Virus record (IMG/VR): IMGVR_UViG_2926528486_000004
Location: 885-64,884 of that record
Length of the DNA: 64,000 nucleotides
Origin: a virus
Taxonomy: Duplodnaviria > Caudoviricetes
Strand: one strand, 5' to 3'
Positions 27,921-36,729 of this stretch are shown here, in pieces (position 1 is the first letter of the stretch; the number at the start of each line of letters is the position of its first letter). The notes under the pieces are model-generated. The model ran no database searches. It saw nothing but the letters and a program-made list of their open reading frames with translations, and was not told the DNA's origin. Made by a program: the position numbers and the translations under genes.

Positions 27921-28355
27921 CTATAATAGCTCCGCCAACTCTTCCGACTCGTCCACAACGGCTTCTTTACGCTGATACCTCTTCGCCAGCTCAACGCCAA
28001 ACTTACGATAAAACGCGTCCTCATCATCGATCGGCGGCTTGAATACGTAGCAATTGTTGTCCCAGCCGTTATCATTCGCATGTGTCACGCGCTTTATCAA
28101 CTCAAGGTGTTCCAGCGCCTTCAATGCGTTGCTGACCGTCCCTTTAGAGCCGATTCCTGTCTCGCGCATGATAGAAGACCAGCTCGGCCAAGCGTAGCCA
28201 TAGTCGGCATTGTGACGCTGTAATAAATAACGATATACTCGCTCGGCTGTCGGATTGAACTTCGGATGCCTTACATATAGAGTGCATACGGCTGTTGGAA
28301 TCGCCGCAAATCCTTTTGTCGTATCGAATGGCAATGCTCGCTTCTGTTCGCTCAT
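27921..28355 (-). CDS. HTH (HTH_36-like) replication-initiator-type protein
   Basis: YGYAWPSWSSIMRETGIGSKGTVSNALKALEHLELI...NNCY. Confidence 0.75.
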   Translation of the reverse strand: MSEQKRALPFDTTKGFAAIPTAVCTLYVRHPKFNPTAERVYRYLLQRHNADYGYAWPSWSSIMRETGIGSKGTVSNALKALEHLELIKRVTHANDNGWDNNCYVFKPPIDDEDAFYRKFGVELAKRYQRKEAVVDESEELAELL

Positions 28356-28392
28356 TTACTATCGCTCTCCTTCGTTCACTAATTGACGCATC

Positions 28393-28590
28393 TTAGCGCT
28401 CTAATAATTCCGCTTTTGCCAACGCTTTACGCGCGTCGTATTCGTCTAAATATCGTTTTAATTCGTCTGTACGTTCGAAAACCCACATCCGATTGCCCGT
28501 GCGTTTGTGTAGCGCTGTATATTTATAGCGAAGACCATTCGCCTTGAGGAAGTGCATTAATGTCGTTGAATAGCAGAAAAACTCGATCAT
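28393..28590 (-). CDS. DUF5659-like small protein
   Basis: FFCYS..LMHFLKANGLRY....H..T....WVF pattern. Confidence 0.6.
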   Translation of the reverse strand: MIEFFCYSTTLMHFLKANGLRYKYTALHKRTGNRMWVFERTDELKRYLDEYDARKALAKAELLER

Positions 28591-29511
28591 TTATCTAACC
28601 TCCGTTAAATTATCGTTAGGATTCGCATGACAGTCGTATACATATTCGCGATATTCAGCGAAGGTCATTCCGTTAAGCCCCGCAATGTATTCAACAGCTT
28701 TATTGAATAACTCCGGTTTAACTTCGAATCGGTCACCATTGTCCTCGTACCATTCAAATAAATTTCTTGCGTTTTTAGATGAGTTAATGCGCTGCCATAT
28801 AGGAAGCATATTTGCTTTAGTAGTTCCTCCGTGTCCAACCGCTAATGGGATTATATGGTCGAAATGTAGTGGAACGTCCTTACCAGTAAACGCACATTTA
28901 CCTTCGAATTTTTGAAGAACTTCCTCTCTGTCATCACCTGTAAAATCATTAACCAAGGCTAATAGACGACTTCTCCTTCTTCTTGAGCATTCGTAGTCTT
29001 TTCGAACTAAATAGTCAGGGTTATTGATAAATGATTGTTGGTGGTATAGCTTAATAAGTAGTTCATAATTATCTAAGAGACATAGTTTATTAGCGTTCAA
29101 CGTTAGTATAGTATTACCCATCCCAACGGTTTTCTCTAGATACCTTTTCGCCAATAACTCGGATAAAATACTGTCTGACGCACTCTTTACTTTTATAGAA
29201 AATGAAGGTACAGTAAAATTAGCCAATGCAACTCTTAATAAATCTATAGACTCGGGCGTCAAGTCATCTATCGAACTTAGTAAACTGTCTACGAATATAG
29301 GAGACTCTCGCTTTCGTAAAGCTTCTATAAATCCTTCATATCGCGTAATTTTACTTTGACAACGAGGACATTCAAATGTTCCCTCTCGGCTATTAAACGT
29401 CTCTCCCTCGTGAGAATTAAACATCATCCATAATATAGGGTATGTTGCGTAGATATCATCGCAAATATTACAATATTCAATCTCTCCATTGATCGCCATA
29501 ACTAAAACCAC
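28591..29511 (-). CDS. HNH endonuclease with N-terminal Zn-binding motif
   Basis: CAFTG..LHFDHIIPL..GHGGT...N...INSSK; CxxC pairs at N-terminus. Confidence 0.8.
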   Translation of the reverse strand: MVLVMAINGEIEYCNICDDIYATYPILWMMFNSHEGETFNSREGTFECPRCQSKITRYEGFIEALRKRESPIFVDSLLSSIDDLTPESIDLLRVALANFTVPSFSIKVKSASDSILSELLAKRYLEKTVGMGNTILTLNANKLCLLDNYELLIKLYHQQSFINNPDYLVRKDYECSRRRRSRLLALVNDFTGDDREEVLQKFEGKCAFTGKDVPLHFDHIIPLAVGHGGTTKANMLPIWQRINSSKNARNLFEWYEDNGDRFEVKPELFNKAVEYIAGLNGMTFAEYREYVYDCHANPNDNLTEVR

Positions 29512-29549
29512 TCCCTCTTTAACTAACTAGGACTACCATTTCGGGTGTA

Positions 29550-29807
29550 TTAAACCTTTTCGTAAGTCTGCTCGAATATGTCCGGCTTGCACGGATAAAA
29601 CTCGCCAGCAACGCCGCGAATAATATAGTCGCCAACTTGCGCTGACATAAGGCCTTCTAGCGTGTCTATCACTAGTTCAGTCGTATCGCTATTGCTATAA
29701 CGAACGACTAGCACATTGTCAGCAAAATCGGATATTTGCGTTATAGAATCCGCATCATCAGTAAATTGAATCGCCTCTACTTCAACGGGCTTTTTACGAT
29801 ATCTCAT
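29550..29807 (-). CDS. Conserved phage protein (RKKPV..EA...GDYII..GEFYPCKPDIF family)
   Basis: Recognisable family motif. Confidence 0.75.
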   Translation of the reverse strand: MRYRKKPVEVEAIQFTDDADSITQISDFADNVLVVRYSNSDTTELVIDTLEGLMSAQVGDYIIRGVAGEFYPCKPDIFEQTYEKV

Positions 29808-30322
29808 TTTACACCACCGTCCTTAAACCACGCGCGAGGCTGTGTCCGATTACTAGTCGTTGTCACGCTTCCGCTACCAGTTCCGTATTTCCTTACGTGT
29901 TCGGGGATGTCTCCCGCCGTATTCGGATGAGTCATTATAGGGGCAAACACATAATCACTGCCGTCAATAACGTCGTCAACGTTTTCGTACGGAAATACAT
30001 GACCGCCTTTGTGACGTCCTTGCATAATCGCTTGGACAACTTTCTCGGCATCCTCGGAACTGATCGGCAAATAGTTCGCCATTACTTCCGCAACTTTCGG
30101 TTGCTGCGCCGCTTCTAACTCACGCAACGCCTTCGTTGCTTCACGCGCCTCACGCTGAACGGCTTTAAGTCCCGTTAATGCTTCGGATACGTCCAAAGAT
30201 AATTTATACGTCAACTCTCCGATATCTTTCGTCTTCTCTGCGACAACTTCGATACCATCTGTGCGAGATTTACCCCAATTTTCTGCCGTCACAACTTCGC
30301 GCTTTTCTTCCGCCATGTTCAT
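29804..30322 (-). CDS. Hypothetical phage protein (first gene of late operon)
   Basis: LDVSEALTGLKAVQREAREAT coiled segment; RBS AAGGAG. Confidence 0.6.
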   Translation of the reverse strand: MNMAEEKREVVTAENWGKSRTDGIEVVAEKTKDIGELTYKLSLDVSEALTGLKAVQREAREATKALRELEAAQQPKVAEVMANYLPISSEDAEKVVQAIMQGRHKGGHVFPYENVDDVIDGSDYVFAPIMTHPNTAGDIPEHVRKYGTGSGSVTTTSNRTQPRAWFKDGGVK

Positions 30323-30342
30323 CGACTCCTTTAAAGTAAAAT

Positions 30343-30545
30343 TGCCGCCCCGAAGGACGGCTATGTAGACCGACGTTGGTCCGCGTGCATTGCGAAGAGG
30401 CGTCCGGTCATATACAATTTATGGCGGCTAACCAAACCGCTATTGATTCGCCCCAATTGCTCGGCAAGTCCGCCGGCTCATTTCCACGTCAAACGTGCGA
30501 ATCTTCCCGTCAATAAAATAAAAAGCCCGCCATAGCTGACGAGCG
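30343..30545 (-). ncRNA. Candidate structured leader RNA of late operon
   Basis: Five consecutive stem-loop domains in a GC-rich non-coding gap (see findings). Confidence 0.5.
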
Positions 30546-30675
30546 TGTAACCGTTTTTCTTTCTACATATATAAGGCAGACATTTTGACGAAAAGTAAGC
30601 CGTTGCAACGAAAAAAGCCCGCTGATGCGAGCCTATACTTGATTACAATATTTAACTCGACCAACAAATTATTAA

Positions 30676-30798
30676 TTACATTTCTCTTTTTACTTCGATT
30701 TCCATACAGTTAGTACACCAAATATTACCCATATAGTCATACTTGTAGCTATTCTTTTTTCCTAAATCTAGTTCTTTTTCACAATGACTACACTCCAT
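30676..30798 (-). CDS. 40-aa zinc-finger microprotein (not in ORF track)
   Basis: RBS GGGAGG; MECSHCEKELDLGKKNSYKYDYMGNIWCTNCMEIEVKREM*. Confidence 0.65.
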   Translation of the reverse strand: MECSHCEKELDLGKKNSYKYDYMGNIWCTNCMEIEVKREM

Positions 30799-30869
30799 AT
30801 CTAGAACCTCCCTAATCTAAACATTGCTTAAAATGTTTATCAGCATGACTGTCAATCTGTTGTATAGCG

Positions 30870-31061
30870 TTAAAAATCTTTCATATGCGTAAAACCACGT
30901 TTAGTTAGTTCTTCGTATACAGCATGAAGTAAATTTGTTTCATTGTCTAACTCTGCGCGTTGGAACCAAATTTTCAATTCTTTATCTGAAAGACTTGTTA
31001 CCTTGTCCTCCATTATTTTTACTCGTTCTCTTTGTCTTTTCTCTAAATATTTTTTAAGCAT
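30870..31061 (-). CDS. Hypothetical protein in AT-rich moron
   Basis: RBS AAGGGGG; 63 aa. Confidence 0.55.
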   Translation of the reverse strand: MLKKYLEKRQRERVKIMEDKVTSLSDKELKIWFQRAELDNETNLLHAVYEELTKRGFTHMKDF

Positions 31062-31274
31062 GTAATAATCCCCCTTAATTTACACATCTCATGCATAAAA
31101 TCCTGACAATCATATATATTTCAGATTGAACTACATTTAAGGATTCCGCTATTCAGTCTCTTTTTGAAATGGACAAAAGCACTCATCTCTATTCAATATA
31201 ATGCTTAGTGAGTTAATTAGCCATGATTTATTTTCCATTCTTACGCATTATCAACAGTGTCGCTGCGATAACAA

Positions 31275-31302
31275 TAACGGTAACGGTAACGGTAACGGTA
31301 AC
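31275..31302. repeat. Tandem hexamer (TAACGG)x4.7
   Basis: Read directly from sequence. Confidence 0.9.
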
Positions 31303-31331
31303 ATTTCGTTCACCTCCTTTCTATACTTTAA

Positions 31332-31394
31332 TTATACGATATCGTATAAAGAATGTCAACACTTATTGACGAAAAATATTCGTTATCGTATAAT
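31332..31394. promoter_or_regulatory. Divergent promoters with XRE operators
   Basis: Perfect palindrome TTATACGATATCGTATAA (31332-31349) and degenerate copy TATTCGTTATCGTATAA; TTGACG..TATAAT (+) and TTGACA..TATAAT (-). Confidence 0.7.
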
Positions 31395-31415
31395 TATTTT
31401 AGGAGGTGTTTCCGA

Positions 31416-31622
31416 ATGCTACAAGTCACGCCACGTTTAACGGAAGTTCTAAAAGAAAAAGGCATCACGCAAATGCAACTCGCCGAACTTTCCGGCGTAC
31501 CACAAGGCTCTATCAGCCGTTTCGACAAGAACGAACGCCATGTCGATTGGCACGTATTCGCCATCACTAGAGCGCTTGAAATTGATGTTGCGGATTTATT
31601 TAGGGTATCAGATGCGAAATAA
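31416..31622 (+). CDS. XRE-family HTH regulator
   Basis: RBS AGGAGG; GITQMQLAELSGVPQGSISRFD. Confidence 0.85.
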   Translation: MLQVTPRLTEVLKEKGITQMQLAELSGVPQGSISRFDKNERHVDWHVFAITRALEIDVADLFRVSDAK

Positions 31623-32061
31623 CAACCGGCTGTACTTTCGTAAACTCACGATATCTGCGCCTACGTTCGGCGTTTCTGCTTCGGGAGCGGTTCGCCTTCG
31701 TATTCTCGTAATCAGTGCGCTTGCGTCGTCCTGCTGACTGCGGTTTCTTGCCGTCATTATTAACGTAGCCAAGCGCCTGCATGCCAACTTCATTCTTTTC
31801 GATTTCTTCTTGCTGACGGTCGCTGTTTATTGGATATTCATTACTACGCGACTTCCACGGCGTATCGTCCGATAATTCTTCGTACAAACAAAGCGTCGCC
31901 AGCCGATCGAGCGCGCCAGCTTCCGGCATCTTACCTCTAGCAGCGAAATACTCCTCAGTCAGCGCTTCGATTGCTTCAAAGCGCGAAGGACGCGGCAGAT
32001 TGCCGGCTTTCGTCTGCGCCCATAGTTCGTTAATTTTATCGTTAAATTGCTCGTTGTTCAT
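31600..32061 (-). CDS. Conserved hypothetical phage protein
   Basis: LDRLATLCLYEELSD...EYPINS.RQ; basic C-terminus. Confidence 0.55.
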   Translation of the reverse strand: MNNEQFNDKINELWAQTKAGNLPRPSRFEAIEALTEEYFAARGKMPEAGALDRLATLCLYEELSDDTPWKSRSNEYPINSDRQQEEIEKNEVGMQALGYVNNDGKKPQSAGRRKRTDYENTKANRSRSRNAERRRRYREFTKVQPVVISHLIP

Positions 32062-33656
32062 CCGATATCCTCCGTTTCATTTGTATCGCTTAATAGCCGT
32101 CTAACGTCCGTTACAATATCGCCGAACTCTTTTTCGACAAAATTGCGTGCTTTCGGATCATTACGGAGCTCTTCGTCCGTTGGTAGCCAATTAAACTTTC
32201 GACCGCATACGTAATTAATCTTATTTAGCGACTCCGGGTCGTTAAACCATACGTGAACCGTGCCTTTCATGAAAATCTTAAAGCGCAGAACGTCGTTTCT
32301 AAATTCACCCTTGCCGATCTTTTCAAAATCGTAATTCACTTCGCGAAAAGGTTCGAAGGCCTTTAGTAAGTCGAAAATAAAGCCTTTTATGCGGTAATCA
32401 ACGCTATTAAAGCTATTATCGCGCGCTCCCATGTCCCAATCTCCGAAGGTAGTGAAAAACGGATAAATTACTTTCTTGCCGATTTTATACGCCTCGTTCG
32501 TATTCCATCCGTTGTAATAATGAATGTTTGTCGAAAATTCTCGGCGACTATAAGACGTTACCTTTTCGAACATACTAACGACACTGCTCAATAGCATATC
32601 GGAAGAGTTCGCCATGATTGCGTGAAGAAGCATGTATATGTTAGTTGAATTTATTTCTAGTTCCGAAGCCGAACCTAGTTGTCGATTCAGCTTTTCTTGT
32701 GCTTCCGTGGTCAGTTTCTTCATAAATTCATCCGTTTGCAGGATGAGCTTCCAATACGTCGACCGAAGCCTTTGCAACTCTTCTTCGTAATCTTTTGACG
32801 ACGTATCGCTTGGCGTAAATATTTTTCCTCCGTTGATAGTCGAAATGTAGCTTAGGAAATCGGCTTTTCGTTTACTTACTTCGTAATCCTCGCGAACTAA
32901 GCGCACAGCCTGCTCATATTCGCTGATTAGCCTTGATATATCGTCAAGTCGTTCCTGGACTTCCTGCTGTTTAACAAACGTACTTAACGCGGTAGTTATA
33001 TTACCTTCAATGTCGTGTTGTTGAGCGTTCGATACGGCGTCAACTGTACGCTTATATAAGTCCGCACTCGCATCTTCTCGGCGCACCTTTAAGTAAATTA
33101 GCGCCACCTCAACGTCTGTTTTCCTTTCTGCGTCGCTAAACGCATTAGTGACAAACTTTATTCGCGCGTTGTGTAGATCAAGCAACCGCGCCAATTCCTT
33201 CCTAGTAACGCTGAATTGATTTTTAATAGTTTCTGCGTTGGTAATCGCATATATTTCGCAGTCCTTCGTAATTTGCCTGCTTGCGAGATTAATAGCGTGT
33301 AGTAAATGTTTATCGCCGGCACTGAACGGAGGATTCATCACAATCGAGTCGTATTCCCGGAATGTTTCAAACGTAAGGAAGTCCGACCAGACTACGTTAT
33401 GACCAGCGCCTAATAAAAAACTTGAAAGTTCCGGATCCATTTCGATTGCGTCTACTTTTATCGAACTCATTTTTCGCTTGATATACGAAACGATATTTCC
33501 TTTACCAGCGGAAGGTTCAAGCACACGCCCATGTAATGTAAGTCTGCTAATCCCTTTTAGCCCTGAAAACCTCGAAGGTATTTCCTTACTAATACTTAGC
33601 GCTAATAATTCCTCGATTAACTCGTCCGGCGTCGGGTAAAAGTCTTGATTAAACAT
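32058..33656 (-). CDS. N6-adenine-type DNA methyltransferase with DUF4942-like C-terminus
   Basis: DFYPTP, VLEPSAGKG (motif I), IVMNPPF (motif IV), F.KGTVHV.F. Confidence 0.85.
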   Translation of the reverse strand: MFNQDFYPTPDELIEELLALSISKEIPSRFSGLKGISRLTLHGRVLEPSAGKGNIVSYIKRKMSSIKVDAIEMDPELSSFLLGAGHNVVWSDFLTFETFREYDSIVMNPPFSAGDKHLLHAINLASRQITKDCEIYAITNAETIKNQFSVTRKELARLLDLHNARIKFVTNAFSDAERKTDVEVALIYLKVRREDASADLYKRTVDAVSNAQQHDIEGNITTALSTFVKQQEVQERLDDISRLISEYEQAVRLVREDYEVSKRKADFLSYISTINGGKIFTPSDTSSKDYEEELQRLRSTYWKLILQTDEFMKKLTTEAQEKLNRQLGSASELEINSTNIYMLLHAIMANSSDMLLSSVVSMFEKVTSYSRREFSTNIHYYNGWNTNEAYKIGKKVIYPFFTTFGDWDMGARDNSFNSVDYRIKGFIFDLLKAFEPFREVNYDFEKIGKGEFRNDVLRFKIFMKGTVHVWFNDPESLNKINYVCGRKFNWLPTDEELRNDPKARNFVEKEFGDIVTDVRRLLSDTNETEDIG

Positions 33657-33658
33657 AA

Positions 33659-34045
33659 TTATTCCGCCTCCCTTTCACTAAGCACGTATCCCTCACCGCG
33701 CCTGCACCACGATTCATAAACACGAGCTATTTTCGTCATTGCCACGTCAACCAGCCGATTGACCGTTTGCTTACTTACTCCAAGCTCGTTCGCCGCATCA
33801 ACTTGCGACATGTCTTCGCCGTATACTAGCCGCACTGCCTGACGCTGCCTATCCGTCAAGCCTGCCCGTTCAATCGCCGTCATTAAATCGATAATCAAAT
33901 CGCTCGCAGCCGTATCGCCAGCAAACCGACGTTGCTTGAGCGCGTGATAGTCAGCGAGCAATCGCCTTACTCCTACCGCGTTGTCCAGTGCGTATCTTGC
34001 ATCATATTGCTGATGATGGTCCGGCTTGTTCGTTGCGCTTCCCAT
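33659..34045 (-). CDS. Sigma-70 region 4-type HTH regulator (probable late activator)
   Basis: LTDRQRQAVRLVY...SQVDAANELGVSKQTVNR. Confidence 0.75.
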   Translation of the reverse strand: MGSATNKPDHHQQYDARYALDNAVGVRRLLADYHALKQRRFAGDTAASDLIIDLMTAIERAGLTDRQRQAVRLVYGEDMSQVDAANELGVSKQTVNRLVDVAMTKIARVYESWCRRGEGYVLSEREAE

Positions 34046-34064
34046 TAAATCGCCTCGATTTCGT

Positions 34065-34526
34065 TTAGGGTGTGCGTACCCATCGTATTTTTTCACTTGC
34101 ATCCCGATTTTCTCGACCGACCCGATTACTCCAACCTTTCGTTGAAACTTTGCTACGTCCTAACTCAAACCAGTTATCCGCTTTATATATCGTTCCCTCA
34201 TGCCTCATGCCGGTGCTTGAGTATGCGATGATACCTTTTATTTCCGGCATATTTTTTCTGATATATTTTCGTGCCAACCCTAGTGATTTACTTTCACTGT
34301 TCTTCGGAGCCTCTTCAACTAAGTACATGCGTGTGAGTTCAAGTAACGCATGCTGATCGAGTTGTCGAGCGTTAGGTCTGCCCCACATCATCGCACCAAT
34401 TCTTTCGCCTGTATCGTCAAGCACCCATAATCGAAGTCTTGCTCCGGCGGGTGTTGATTTTAAGTAATCCCTATCAGCAACCCATCTATCCAACTCGGTA
34501 CTTCGCGAAACTTCAATTCTCATCAC
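34065..34526 (-). CDS. Mom-like (GNAT-fold) DNA modification protein
   Basis: LELTRM...PKNSES...IIAYS....H.GTIYKADNW signature of the Mu Mom family. Confidence 0.75.
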   Translation of the reverse strand: MMRIEVSRSTELDRWVADRDYLKSTPAGARLRLWVLDDTGERIGAMMWGRPNARQLDQHALLELTRMYLVEEAPKNSESKSLGLARKYIRKNMPEIKGIIAYSSTGMRHEGTIYKADNWFELGRSKVSTKGWSNRVGRENRDASEKIRWVRTP

Positions 34527-34679
34527 AATTCCTCCGTTTCCATTAATCTCCTAGTCAAATCAGACCGGCTCGGGCATGCTGCGTCTGCCGAGTTTTGTCG
34601 AATGGCTATAAAGCGTTGCTTTTCGTTGGTTTAAAAGCTATAATTGCGTTAAATATTCCAAAGTTTGGAGCGTGATTAC

Positions 34680-35042
34680 ATGCCATTCGAGCCGTTACAA
34701 ATCTCTAGATCCGGCGGAGCAAGTCTGTCGCTCGATAAATTCTACCGTTTGCGTGTCAATTCCGAGGCGATGCGTGAAATGAAGCTTTCTGCGTACCAAT
34801 ACGTCGTCATTAGCGTCGATGTGGAAAATAAACGCATCGGGTTAGCGAAACAAGAACTCGCAAAGGTGCCGAACGCGTCTGCAATTAAATTGGACAAACG
34901 CGGCTATGTTGGCGTTGCTGCTGGCAAGCTTGTTGCGCGTAAGCTCGGACTGACTGACGGTGACTTGCCGGTTAAATTCGCTGATATCGGTAACTTCGAT
35001 GAAGGCGGAACCTACTGGCGCGCTTTCGAAGTAACTAAGTGA
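34680..35042 (+). CDS. Stand-alone hypothetical protein (possible AbrB-like fold)
   Basis: Own promoter TTGCTT-17-TATAAT (34616-34644) and terminator (35044-35077); SLDKFYRLRV and KLDKRGYV repeats. Confidence 0.6.
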   Translation: MPFEPLQISRSGGASLSLDKFYRLRVNSEAMREMKLSAYQYVVISVDVENKRIGLAKQELAKVPNASAIKLDKRGYVGVAAGKLVARKLGLTDGDLPVKFADIGNFDEGGTYWRAFEVTK

Positions 35043-35097
35043 GACGAAGCCTATTGCCGTAAGCTTCGTCTTTTTTTCGGTCAAAATAACCGCTTGC

Positions 35098-35685
35098 CTA
35101 CTGCGCTATTTCATCCAACATCGCATCAACTTTCGCATGTAATTCGTCAAGTGTTCCGTCATTAACAATCTCGTAGTCTACCGTAAATCCATCGACATGC
35201 TGCTCGGTATCGTGCGCCAAGTCTTTTGCGTCAAACTCGTCGCCAGCCATTTCCGCACAGATAAGACGATCGGCTTCCAGTGCTGTTACTCGCACGATGG
35301 TAAATCCGTTAGCCTTCGCCCACTCTAGCTCGTTAGGCTGACGTAAGTCCGTAATTACAATGCCGACGTGATCACTGGTTGTCTTGCGAAAGTTAATCGA
35401 CGCCTCGACCGTTCGCTCTACGTGCCTAATCCAAATATCTTCTCCGTATAGTCGGCGCATATCTTGACCGAACGTCTGATAACCGGCGCGCGGCTTCGGA
35501 TGCTCTGGTACCCACGGCAATGTTGCGTGATATAAATACTTTAACTTGTCTCCGAAAGCCACTCGGTCAAACATGGCGCGAATATACATGCGATTGGCTA
35601 CGGCGTCCTTGCCTGAACGGAGCTTGCCGCATAGCGCGATTTTAGTAACGGTGACAGTTCGATTGACTTCAATTTCCGTTTTCAT
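35098..35685 (-). CDS. Deoxynucleoside monophosphate kinase
   Basis: IALCGKLRSGKD P-loop, AFGDKLK, ITDLRQPNE. Confidence 0.85.
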   Translation of the reverse strand: MKTEIEVNRTVTVTKIALCGKLRSGKDAVANRMYIRAMFDRVAFGDKLKYLYHATLPWVPEHPKPRAGYQTFGQDMRRLYGEDIWIRHVERTVEASINFRKTTSDHVGIVITDLRQPNELEWAKANGFTIVRVTALEADRLICAEMAGDEFDAKDLAHDTEQHVDGFTVDYEIVNDGTLDELHAKVDAMLDEIAQ

Positions 35686-36532
35686 CGGCAGTCACTCCCG
35701 CGATAAATTCGACATCGTACATTGTAAAATCATCTCGGCTCGCTTTTATTCTTACGGATGATACACCCTTAAGCTCAACACCGTCCTGATATACGCGCCA
35801 ATTTGTTAAGCCTTCTTGTTCAAAACGCAAAGTTTTACCGTTTGATTTCTTCTGCGTCCGGTCGCTGAGCGACCTTATTGCTTCCGTATTAATTTCCGTC
35901 TGCTGTGCGAATGTCTCAACGTTGCGCTGCGTATCACGTAGTTGCGTTTCTAATTGCGTAACTCTTCGCGCTAGGTTGCCGAGTAGTTCGAGGACTTGCG
36001 GACTGGCTTGCGTTGCGTCTACGGTGATAGGTTCGGACGTTGATTCCGCTTCGACTAGCTGTAGTACGCTGTATTCTTTTGTCTTTATAGGGACCTCTCC
36101 TGCGTCCGTGGTGCTGTAGTAAACGACATTATTACGGTAATGATGCGTTCCTACTATTTCAAGTACTTCTCCGTCAGACAAATCTAGCACCTTTTCGCCA
36201 ATCTCCGCCTTACGGTCAACTAGACGGTAGCGCCCTACGGCATGGAGACTTGTATCCGCGTCTACTAACGTATCAATGCGGACGATGTCCGTTGGCTCTA
36301 GCGTTTTGTAGTCGATATATACTTCATCCGATATATACCATCCGCCCGCGTCAACGATTCCGTCTTCGACAATTTCCGTAACTTGTGTAATTTCTCCGAT
36401 TTCAAATGGATGGTTCATCTCATTTGAAATAATGATAACGTAATCCCCCACGTCAGCATTCCGTTCAACCTCGACAAATTCGCGCTCAATTCCACCTAAG
36501 CTTTCGTCTGCAATATAATGTTTATTCGTCAT
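35669..36532 (-). CDS. Hypothetical protein with repeated SH3-like modules
   Basis: VERNADVGD / VDRKAEIGE repeats; related to 47239-48282. Confidence 0.6.
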   Translation of the reverse strand: MTNKHYIADESLGGIEREFVEVERNADVGDYVIIISNEMNHPFEIGEITQVTEIVEDGIVDAGGWYISDEVYIDYKTLEPTDIVRIDTLVDADTSLHAVGRYRLVDRKAEIGEKVLDLSDGEVLEIVGTHHYRNNVVYYSTTDAGEVPIKTKEYSVLQLVEAESTSEPITVDATQASPQVLELLGNLARRVTQLETQLRDTQRNVETFAQQTEINTEAIRSLSDRTQKKSNGKTLRFEQEGLTNWRVYQDGVELKGVSSVRIKASRDDFTMYDVEFIAGVTADENGN

Positions 36533-36729
36533 TAATTACTCGCCTCGCTTTCGAATTTAATACTAACCGCGTGCTTTAAATTTATCGCGTCAATAGGAGT
36601 GCTGAGCCAGCCGATAGGGATTTTTTCCACCGCTCCCGTTGGACCTGTGAAATAATCGTGAAGGTCGCTCACAAGGTCGCCTGTCACCGTAAATTCTTCA
36701 CCATTGACCATCTTAATTATCGCTTTCAT
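36532..36729 (-). CDS. Hypothetical protein
   Basis: Tightly packed in operon. Confidence 0.55.
   Translation of the reverse strand: MKAIIKMVNGEEFTVTGDLVSDLHDYFTGPTGAVEKIPIGWLSTPIDAINLKHAVSIKFESEASN

Noticed and set aside
30366-30415. HDV-like ribozyme suggested by a CCUCUUCGC loop
   Set aside because: Could not build the nested double pseudoknot by eye
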